In this document: positions 30,266 to 38,212 of the stretch, in pieces
Numbering within the stretch: position 1 is the first letter of the stretch
How the letters are laid out: each line of letters starts with the position of its first letter
NCBI GenBank assembly: GCA_040752695.1
Contig: JBFMGO010000045.1
Span: 1-38,924, forward strand
Reading direction: 5' to 3'
DNA: 38,924 nt
From: a bacterium
Lineage (GTDB): Bacteria; SZUA-182; DTGQ01
Translations under genes and position numbers: made by a program
Notes under the pieces: model-generated
The model's database searches: none
Seen by the model: only the letters and a program-made list of their open reading frames with translations
Told to the model about the DNA's origin: nothing

Positions 30266-33193
30266 ATGGAATTGACTTACTCCCTAAAACGGGCTTTTCT
30301 TTATGTCGTTATCTCCGTGTTTTTTTCCGGCCTTGGCTGCCACCCCAAGCAGGTGGCTGCTCCACCATCGGGGATGAGAGAGAAAGAGAGCGTTCAGTCG
30401 CGCAGCAATGTCCTTTTGATCTCGATCGACACCTTGCGTGCGGATCACCTGGGGTGTTACGGCTACCAGGGAATCGAAACTCCCGTAATTGACCAGTTAG
30501 CCATAGAGGGCGTGAGGTTTACTTCCTGCTATACGGCGGTTCCCATTACTCTGCCCGCTCATGCCACCCTGATGACCGGCCAGTATCCCCCCACGCACGG
30601 CGTCAGGGACAACGGTACCTTTCAACTCGGGGAAGAGAGTCTGACCCTGGCCGAGATTTTTAAAAGCAAAGGATATCAAACCGCTGCTTTTGTCGGTGCC
30701 TTTGTCATCGATTCCCGCTTTGGGCTGGACCAGGGGTTTGATATCTATGATGATCGCATGGAATCCGATGAGGAAAAATCAGATCTTCTGTTTGAAGAAA
30801 GACGGGGTGAGGAGGTCGTCGAAGCTGCACTCGAGTGGCTGACCCATAAAAAACCGGGTCCCTTTTTCCTCTTTATTCACTGCTTCGATCCCCATGCACC
30901 GTATCATCCCCCTGCACCTTTTAGCAGGGAAAATCAAAACTGCGACGACCCCGACAGTCTGGCTTCCTGTTATGATCAGGAGATCGCCTATACCGATGCC
31001 TGCCTTGGCAGGCTGTTTCAGAAGATGAAGGAGATGGGAGTATATGACAAGACCACGATCTGTTTTACCGCGGATCACGGTGAGGCCCTCGGAGAGCATG
31101 AAGAACCGAGCCATTCGGTTTTCGTTTATGACAGCACTCTTCATATCCCTTTGATCGTCCGCTGGCCGGGGAACGTTGCACAGGGTGAGGTTATCGAAAG
31201 CCAGGTGAGCAATGTGGACATTGCTCCCACTCTTCTGGCTCTGGCCAGAATTCACGGGGAAGATTCGATGATGCAGGGGCGCTCCCTTCTCCTGCCAAAA
31301 GGAGCGGACGAAGGGCTGCCCTCTTCGATGGCACAGGGCGGGGAGGCGATCTATTGCGAAACCTATTTCCCCTTTTACAATCACCACTGGAGTCCGCTTC
31401 AGGCCGTCAGGACTGCCGAGTGGAAATACATCAAGGCACCGAGGCCAGAACTCTATCATCTTACGGAAGATCCACGGGAACTTGACAACCTTGCACTGAA
31501 AAGACAGGACCAGCTCAACTATATGCAGGGACTTTTCGCCCACCTGGAGGCACAGTATTTTCCCCCTGAAGACCAAAAACAAAAGGCTAATCTGATCACC
31601 ATGGACCAGGATACCCGAAAGAGGCTGGAGCGACTGGGGTATCTGTGGACCGCTCCGAGTGAAGGACCGAAAAAGGAGATCGGAGCCTACCCTGACCCCA
31701 AAGACATGGTTATGGTCCTCAACTTCTTTAACGTGGCTGCCTATCACTACCTTCACCATGAATACCAAAAGGCTATCGAGCTCTTTCAAAGAAGCCTCGA
31801 AATCGATCCAAAGGATGTATTCGCCTACTTTATGATCGGTTTTATCCATAACAAAACCGGGCAATTCGAAAAGGCTCGCGACGCATTCCAGGAATGCATC
31901 CGCCTTGATCCTGCATACCTGAATGCATATGTGAACCTGGGAGGAGTGTACCTGCAACTGGGTCAGAGGGAAAAGGCATTCCAAAAGATCGATGAGGCCC
32001 TGCAATTGAGTCCGGACTCCATAGAAGTATACCAGAACCTGGGGATCCTCTACAGTTACAGCGGAGAACATGACAAGGCCATCGAGGCGTTCGGTGAAGT
32101 TTTGAAGAAGGATGCCAACTATGTCGAGGCCATGAACGGCCTGGCCAATGAATTCCTAGCCAAAAAAGATTATGCATCCGCTCATGAGTATGCCCAAAAA
32201 GTAATCGGGTTGGATCCCAAAAATGTGGAAGCGTATACCATCAAGGGGAACATTTTTCTTGCTCAGGGAGAGATCCAAGAGGCTGAAGAGAGTATCCGAG
32301 AGGCATTGCGATTTGATCCCAAGAGGGTTAATACCCTTTTAAACCTGGCTGATATTTACATTCAAAAACAGGAGTACGATCTGGCGAAGAAGCACATCGC
32401 CTATGCACAGGAGATTGATCCCAATACAGCTAAAATTTACAACGCCCTTGGTATCATTTCGATGAGGGAGGAAAACGATGCGGATGCACTCGTGCAGTTT
32501 CAGAAAGCGCAACAACTGGAACCAGGATCCGCTGAAATCTATTATAACATGAGCCTTGTCTTCTCACATCGAAATGACCTCGATGGGGCAATTCAGCTTC
32601 TTCAAAGATCCATCGAACTGGACCCCGAAAACCAGAGGGCCTACTTTACCCTGGGAACCATTTTTCACCGCCAGCATAAACTTGACCAGGCTATCGAGGC
32701 CTACCAGTCCGCCCTGAGAGCGGACCCGGACAGCATCGATACGATCTTCCAAATGGGTCTGGTCTATCAGGATGCAGGGAACAGCGATCAGGCTATTGAC
32801 GCCTTTAAGCAGGTTTTGTCCAAAGATGCTCGCCACCTGAACGCTCATATTAAATTGAGCCTGCTCTATTTTGCACTGGGGCAGACCGATCTGGGAATTG
32901 AGGAATGCAGGCATATTTTAGAGATAGATCCTGCCAATGAGGCTGCTCATATCAATCTCGGTTTTACCTTTTTTCGACAAAAAGAATTCGACCAGGCGAT
33001 TCTCGAATATAACCAGGCAATCCAGGTGAATCCGAAAAATCCGGTAAGTTATTTTCATATAGCTACCTGCTATCTGTGGAAGCAGGACATTCCCAAGAGT
33101 GTCGAGTACCTGAAGGAAGCCCTGCGTATTGATCAGGATTATCAACCAGCCAGACAGCTTTTGGATCAAATTCAACCCTTCTTTGGGAAGTGA
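30266..33193 (+). CDS. Sulfatase-like hydrolase/transferase with a C-terminal TPR array, probable lipoprotein
   Basis: Lipobox-like GLGC; ISIDTLRADHL, ITLPAHATLMTG, FDPHAPY, ADHGE; a dozen or more TPR-like repeats. Confidence 0.92.
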   Translation: MELTYSLKRAFLYVVISVFFSGLGCHPKQVAAPPSGMREKESVQSRSNVLLISIDTLRADHLGCYGYQGIETPVIDQLAIEGVRFTSCYTAVPITLPAHATLMTGQYPPTHGVRDNGTFQLGEESLTLAEIFKSKGYQTAAFVGAFVIDSRFGLDQGFDIYDDRMESDEEKSDLLFEERRGEEVVEAALEWLTHKKPGPFFLFIHCFDPHAPYHPPAPFSRENQNCDDPDSLASCYDQEIAYTDACLGRLFQKMKEMGVYDKTTICFTADHGEALGEHEEPSHSVFVYDSTLHIPLIVRWPGNVAQGEVIESQVSNVDIAPTLLALARIHGEDSMMQGRSLLLPKGADEGLPSSMAQGGEAIYCETYFPFYNHHWSPLQAVRTAEWKYIKAPRPELYHLTEDPRELDNLALKRQDQLNYMQGLFAHLEAQYFPPEDQKQKANLITMDQDTRKRLERLGYLWTAPSEGPKKEIGAYPDPKDMVMVLNFFNVAAYHYLHHEYQKAIELFQRSLEIDPKDVFAYFMIGFIHNKTGQFEKARDAFQECIRLDPAYLNAYVNLGGVYLQLGQREKAFQKIDEALQLSPDSIEVYQNLGILYSYSGEHDKAIEAFGEVLKKDANYVEAMNGLANEFLAKKDYASAHEYAQKVIGLDPKNVEAYTIKGNIFLAQGEIQEAEESIREALRFDPKRVNTLLNLADIYIQKQEYDLAKKHIAYAQEIDPNTAKIYNALGIISMREENDADALVQFQKAQQLEPGSAEIYYNMSLVFSHRNDLDGAIQLLQRSIELDPENQRAYFTLGTIFHRQHKLDQAIEAYQSALRADPDSIDTIFQMGLVYQDAGNSDQAIDAFKQVLSKDARHLNAHIKLSLLYFALGQTDLGIEECRHILEIDPANEAAHINLGFTFFRQKEFDQAILEYNQAIQVNPKNPVSYFHIATCYLWKQDIPKSVEYLKEALRIDQDYQPARQLLDQIQPFFGK

Positions 33194-33350
33194 AAATCAG
33201 TAGAGGTAAGGATGTGGTTAATAGTTTTCATATATGCAACTTTTTTCCTAAAATGTGTTCGTGAAGATTCGAATCATCTGGCCGTAAGGCGAGGTATATA
33301 ATTCTGATAATTCAAATGCTTGTCTACTTTTATTTTCTTTTTCTCCATTT

Positions 33351-33366
33351 TGGCATGTGAAATGCA
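33351..33366 (+). promoter_or_regulatory. sigma54 promoter upstream of A1
   Basis: TGGCATGTGAAATGCA, with an IHF-like ATTCAAATGCTTG at 33310-33322. Confidence 0.6.
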
Positions 33367-33611
33367 AGTTTAAACGAAAAATACCTGAGAGGTGAAAATC
33401 AGAACTCATAAGGAATAGGCTCTTATGATGCACTCATATTGGTTTGGTTGATCTGTTTTATACAAATTCTCCCTGAAGAATCCTTTTTGGATATTTTCGA
33501 ATTTATCTGTACCTTCATTTTATAATCGATACGACAAAAAGCAGACTCTTTGAGTCAGGCTTTGCTGATGAATTCCTATGCTATGCAAATGATAAGGTAT
33601 TGTTGTGTCCG

Positions 33612-33663
33612 ATGGTCATAAATTTTATGATCATAAAGAATATGGTCATAAAATTTATGACAT
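33612..33663. promoter_or_regulatory. Tandem palindromic operator pair
   Basis: TCATAAA-T-TTTATGA (33616-33630) and TCATAAA-A-TTTATGA (33646-33660), each preceded by ATGG; centres 30 bp apart. Confidence 0.7.
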
Positions 33664-33917
33664 ATTATAAGCAGAAGGAGGTGGTTAAAAAGATTTTAAG
33701 AAAGGGAAAAATTGTTTGAAAAACTTCAATGAGAACCGCAATCATGAAAGAGAAGGAGAAGAAGGAAGCGCTATTTTAAGGGAATACAGAATGTTTTTGA
33801 GAGCATTTTAAAGAAAAACGCACGGGGCTTCAAAAGGTGAAAGCTCTTGTGTAGACAAGGTATGGCCATTTCTAGGATTTGCAGTTAACGTAACAAGTTG
33901 TAAAGGAGATGTTGATT

Positions 33918-34547
33918 ATGTATTCGAGGAAAAATTGGCTGAAATCTGCTTTATTGGGTTTAGCAGTCCTTATGGGATTATTATTGATTACAGCGCCTGT
34001 AACGCAGGCACAGACATGGATAAATCTTCCGCCTTATAATACGCTGTGGCCGTTGTGGTCTCCTCCCCTTTCCCCGACGAACCCTCTGACCGGACTTCCC
34101 ACGCCGATCGTCAGTAACTTAAAACCGAGCACCGTGCTTCCCGTGCAACCCGGCCTGACCTGGGATCCCCGCAAAACCTATCCGTGGCTTTTGTACAACA
34201 CTCCACTGGGTATGGCTTATTACGATCCTCTATACGGTATCGATACCTGGCCGCCGGATTATCTCAAAGATCCTATTACCGGGCTTCCGGCTCCGATCAA
34301 TCTTTCTCTGATCAAAGGCTGGAGTCTTCTTTTGCCCACAGCCACAAGCTGGTTAACCAACAATGTGCCGGTAGCCAACAATTCCTTTATCAATGCCTAT
34401 CCGGCTTATGCCGTAGCCTATGAGATCCTGCAGGGTGGTACCCTGGCCAGTTACCCGATCTTTGCCTCTTTGTTGAATCCTCCTCCTCCATTGCAATCTC
34501 TTTTGACTCCCTCTCTTCTTTTGGGATTAGGACCACTCGTTCCTTAA
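33918..34547 (+). CDS. Family A secreted protein, copy A1
   Basis: SD AAAGGAG lies 9 nt before the ATG at 33918 (ORF open from 33909). Signal peptide TQA-Q; WINLPPYNTLWPLWSPPLSP. Confidence 0.9.
   Translation: MYSRKNWLKSALLGLAVLMGLLLITAPVTQAQTWINLPPYNTLWPLWSPPLSPTNPLTGLPTPIVSNLKPSTVLPVQPGLTWDPRKTYPWLLYNTPLGMAYYDPLYGIDTWPPDYLKDPITGLPAPINLSLIKGWSLLLPTATSWLTNNVPVANNSFINAYPAYAVAYEILQGGTLASYPIFASLLNPPPPLQSLLTPSLLLGLGPLVP
33951..34547 (+). repeat. 597-bp direct repeat, copy 1
   Basis: By eye identical to 36364-36960 except one base near the stop (CTCGTT vs CTCCTT). Confidence 0.93.
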
Positions 34548-34704
34548 CCCTTTCATTGGGTGCTTAACGATTTTTTAACTAAGTGTGGAGTTTACAGGAA
34601 ACCCCAGACTTATACCAGAGAACATTTTGGTAAAGATACCTGTAACACGGCAGCAGTCAGGCTAGCATAACACCAAAGTCTGGCTGGGTATAAAAATGCA
34701 CTTG

Positions 34705-34748
34705 GTAATCTTGTGCCAGGCAGATTTTACTGCCTGGCACAAGATTAC
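34705..34748 (+). terminator. Perfect 19-bp hairpin between A1 and B1 (terminator or mRNA stabiliser)
   Basis: gtaatcttgtgccaggcag / ctgcctggcacaagattac, 6-nt loop, weak U-tract. Confidence 0.6.
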
Positions 34749-34881
34749 TTATCTTCCTCATATTCCCTCTACGTAATAGCGACTCAAGGAACGACTTTTC
34801 ATTCTTTTGACAAAGAAGTTATACAGATATCTGTTCTTTTTCACAAATACTTAAGTCTAATACCCGAGAAGGAGTTGATCT

Positions 34882-35334
34882 ATGATGAAAAGAAATTTCC
34901 TGACGAAAGGATTATTTTCTCTTGGCATTCTTATGATCGGGATACTGCTTTTCAGGGTCCCCCAAGCTAAGGCCCAGCAACTGAGTCCTTATTATAATCC
35001 TTTTCTTATCCCCTCTTATTTTTGCCCGGTTCCTCTCTACTCACCACCGGTTTCACCTCTGCTCAGTTATCCGAGATCAGCGCAGGTATTCGCTACCTTT
35101 CCTGCTCCCACCCTGCCAATTGCTCCTTCCGCTACTCCTGCTGGGTTGAGTGTAACTGCTCTCATCCCCACAACAACCATTACCGCTGTTGTCCCCCTGA
35201 CTGCCATATTCGCGCCTGTCCCCGTTGCTCCAACCTATAGCCCAATTACCCTGCAGGCCGTCGTACCTGTCGCAAGCGCTACTCCATCGACCATTAATAT
35301 TCTGCTTTCATTAATTAACAGTTGGCTTCTATAA
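34882..35334 (+). CDS. Family B secreted Pro/Thr/Ala-rich protein, B1
   Basis: SD GAAGGAG, signal peptide AKA-Q. FPAPTLPIAPSATPAGLSVTALIPT aligns with B2. Confidence 0.82.
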   Translation: MMKRNFLTKGLFSLGILMIGILLFRVPQAKAQQLSPYYNPFLIPSYFCPVPLYSPPVSPLLSYPRSAQVFATFPAPTLPIAPSATPAGLSVTALIPTTTITAVVPLTAIFAPVPVAPTYSPITLQAVVPVASATPSTINILLSLINSWLL

Positions 35335-35340
35335 CCCCAG

Positions 35341-35375
35341 CCCCTAACATAAAGCCCCTTGGCTTGTGTTAGGGG
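35341..35375 (+). terminator. Hairpin after B1
   Basis: cccctaacat-a-aagcc / ggctt-gtgttagggg. The outer arms match the hairpin after B2. Confidence 0.65.
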
Positions 35376-35543
35376 TAACTCTCATCCTTTTTAGCCCATG
35401 TAATTACAGTCTTACGACACCTATGACTGCATTTGCTTTCATATGTGAAATATTTTTCGTGCGCAGGAGAGGCTCTTATAAAGTATTAACAAAATAACTA
35501 ATTGAATTATAAGGATAAAATAACCTAATCATTCAGCCGTTTC

Positions 35544-35559
35544 TGGCATCTGAAATGCA
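35544..35559 (+). promoter_or_regulatory. sigma54 promoter upstream of A2
   Basis: TGGCATCTGAAATGCA, one base different from the A1 motif. IHF-like site at 35495-35507. Confidence 0.6.
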
Positions 35560-35788
35560 AACCTAATCAGACAGACTTATTTTATCAGGGCAAATTTTGA
35601 CACTCATCTACCCGGCTATAGCTCCTTTTGGATAAGATGCAGTTATTTTTAGTTTGATGTAGTTTTTTTGTTATATTATTGCATCAAGCGATAAACGCGT
35701 ATTGTCTTCCTGTCCTTTTTCCAACTGACCTTGAATTCTCATTTTGTGTCTTGAGTATTCGTGGATGTCTACTCCTGAATATTTGCAA

Positions 35789-35804
35789 TGCATTTATTAT
35801 GCCA
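35789..35804 (-). promoter_or_regulatory. Antisense-oriented sigma54 promoter with IHF site and upstream palindrome
   Basis: TGGCATAATAAATGCA on the minus strand; exact IHF consensus TATCAACTAGTTA at 35848-35860; CCGTATG-N5-CATACGG at 35950-35968. Confidence 0.6.
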
Positions 35805-36330
35805 GAAAGGTTTTTCTGTCTTTAAATGAAGAAATGATAGCCCAGGTTATCAACTAGTTACGGCTATGGGCCGAAAATTTTAAGGCCCGCTTCTGTGAAA
35901 TAATTGAGCTGTGCAGGTGCTCAGAGAAAGGTTCCATTATACAAAAAATCCGTATGGAAATCATACGGTGCCTTGAAATCGTACGGTTCTATAAAGAGTT
36001 ATACTTCAGGAAAACCTTATGAGCATGGAGTATAAAATTTATGAAGATGATTCAGAATTTCCACGCATAAGGGAGGTGATGCTTTTTCTAAACACTATGT
36101 TTTCCCTTATCGATATAATATAAACAATTTTTTTTCACCCCTTGGAAGGGAAGACCGTGAGGATTGTGAGGAAAGGAGTAAATTTAAAGGAGAAAGCAGG
36201 TTTAGAGGAAAAGACCGTTTGGTATGAATAGTTTTAGAGCTGTCATCTTTTTTTGATAGCGTCAATCTTTCAGTAAGTTGGCAACTAATTGAGTATTTAA
36301 AAAATGAAAGGAATGAATAGGAGTATTATT

Positions 36331-36960
36331 ATGGACTTGAGAAAAAAATGTTTTAAATATACCTTATTGGGTTTAGCAGTCCTTATGGGATTATTATTGA
36401 TTACAGCGCCTGTAACGCAGGCACAGACATGGATAAATCTTCCGCCTTATAATACGCTGTGGCCGTTGTGGTCTCCTCCCCTTTCCCCGACGAACCCTCT
36501 GACCGGACTTCCCACGCCGATCGTCAGTAACTTAAAACCGAGCACCGTGCTTCCCGTGCAACCCGGCCTGACCTGGGATCCCCGCAAAACCTATCCGTGG
36601 CTTTTGTACAACACTCCACTGGGTATGGCTTATTACGATCCTCTATACGGTATCGATACCTGGCCGCCGGATTATCTCAAAGATCCTATTACCGGGCTTC
36701 CGGCTCCGATCAATCTTTCTCTGATCAAAGGCTGGAGTCTTCTTTTGCCCACAGCCACAAGCTGGTTAACCAACAATGTGCCGGTAGCCAACAATTCCTT
36801 TATCAATGCCTATCCGGCTTATGCCGTAGCCTATGAGATCCTGCAGGGTGGTACCCTGGCCAGTTACCCGATCTTTGCCTCTTTGTTGAATCCTCCTCCT
36901 CCATTGCAATCTCTTTTGACTCCCTCTCTTCTTTTGGGATTAGGACCACTCCTTCCTTAA
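36331..36960 (+). CDS. Family A secreted protein, copy A2
   Basis: SD AGGAG before the ATG at 36331 (ORF open from 36304). Mature protein equals A1 except the penultimate residue (V/L). Confidence 0.9.
   Translation: MDLRKKCFKYTLLGLAVLMGLLLITAPVTQAQTWINLPPYNTLWPLWSPPLSPTNPLTGLPTPIVSNLKPSTVLPVQPGLTWDPRKTYPWLLYNTPLGMAYYDPLYGIDTWPPDYLKDPITGLPAPINLSLIKGWSLLLPTATSWLTNNVPVANNSFINAYPAYAVAYEILQGGTLASYPIFASLLNPPPPLQSLLTPSLLLGLGPLLP
36364..36960 (+). repeat. 597-bp direct repeat, copy 2
   Basis: Offset 2413 bp from copy 1; the flanks are unrelated. Confidence 0.93.
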
Positions 36961-37025
36961 GCGGATTCCCGGAAGGTGAATGAGATCAGAATGCGGAATG
37001 CAAAAACTCTGAAAGGAGAATAGGT

Positions 37026-37571
37026 ATGAATGAAAGAAAGCTTTTGAAAAGAAATGTACTTATGGCTGGCATCATGGTTTTTTTGCTGCTGGCATTTTTT
37101 GCTCCAAAGGTGAATGCCCAAATCGGGCCATTCGGGCCATTCTATAGTCCGCTTGCCGGATTCGGCCCCTTTGGCTATACTCCCTATTTGCCCCCTGCTG
37201 CACCTTTACTTGGGGTTGGTCCTTTCCGGACTGCTCATGTCCCAGTGACCGCTGCTTCTTTGTTTCCTGCTCCTACAGTCCCCACTGCTCCTGCAGTCAC
37301 CATCGCCGGCGTTGGAGTGACAGCCTTGATTCCAACGGTTCCGGTCGCTACAACTGTTCCGGCCAGTGTCCTGGTCACTAATCCATTGGCTCCTCTGATT
37401 ACCTACACCCCCTTAAGCCTGATCGGGCTCACCTACGCGCCAATTCCTGTTACATCTGCTCCTGTTCCTATTCCTATCACCACAATCACCACGATACCGA
37501 CAATAACTCCCACGGTGGCTGCCACGACTGCCGCCACTCTCGTTTCCCTGCTGAGTAGTTTACTCATCTAG
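37026..37571 (+). CDS. Family B secreted Pro/Thr/Ala/Val-rich protein, B2
   Basis: SD GAAAGGAG, signal peptide VNA-Q, FPAPTVPTAPAVTIAGVGVTALIPT. Confidence 0.85.
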   Translation: MNERKLLKRNVLMAGIMVFLLLAFFAPKVNAQIGPFGPFYSPLAGFGPFGYTPYLPPAAPLLGVGPFRTAHVPVTAASLFPAPTVPTAPAVTIAGVGVTALIPTVPVATTVPASVLVTNPLAPLITYTPLSLIGLTYAPIPVTSAPVPIPITTITTIPTITPTVAATTAATLVSLLSSLLI

Positions 37572-37594
37572 GGTACCTTTTTACAGGTTGCATT

Positions 37595-37633
37595 TCCTAA
37601 CATAAGCGCTCTTTGAAAGCGCTTATGTTAGGA
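37595..37633 (+). terminator. Hairpin after B2
   Basis: 16-bp stem tcctaacataagcgct / agcgcttatgttagga followed by T-rich sequence. Confidence 0.72.
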
Positions 37634-38212
37634 TATTTCTTCCCCTGCCCAAAAATGGACTTCCTTCCATGAACTCCTTACACGATATGTGCCCTGTATC
37701 ATAAAATCTTCCTTTCATTGCTCCCACTTTTATCTAAACTGTCTATCAATAATCATCTTTTTTAAGGACTTAAGGTAAAAAAGTCGTTCATCTTATCTGG
37801 TACATGAATTGCTCTCTTGAGAATAAGAGCCTTTACTGCCAAGACTTGTGAAGGGATTATTCGTAAAGGTTAATGGGAGAGATGCAAAGTGGTTAGGGGA
37901 GAGTATTTGCCAAATCTGGAGCAGTCCTCTATTTTTCCTGCTCTTACTCTCTTGTTTACTCTCCTGTATTTTTTCACTGGAATTTTCATCCGCGGTGCTC
38001 ATCGCAAGTTCAGCCGGATAAAGGAGGTGGAGCCTCTAGAGAATATGCCTTGAAAAATTATTTATTCACTCATCATCAACCTGACAACGTGAAAAGAGAG
38101 GAGGGTCATTAATCTTTCGGTTCGGACAGTGCTCTTTATTCGTTTTTCCATCCATCTGTTATTCTGTTATTGAAAGCCGATGGGTCGCAATTTCAAAAAG
38201 GAGGTGTTTTTT

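Noticed and set aside
30779..32071. 430-aa antisense ORF, and similar long antisense ORFs in other genes
   Set aside because: Codon-bias shadows fully overlapping well-supported genes.
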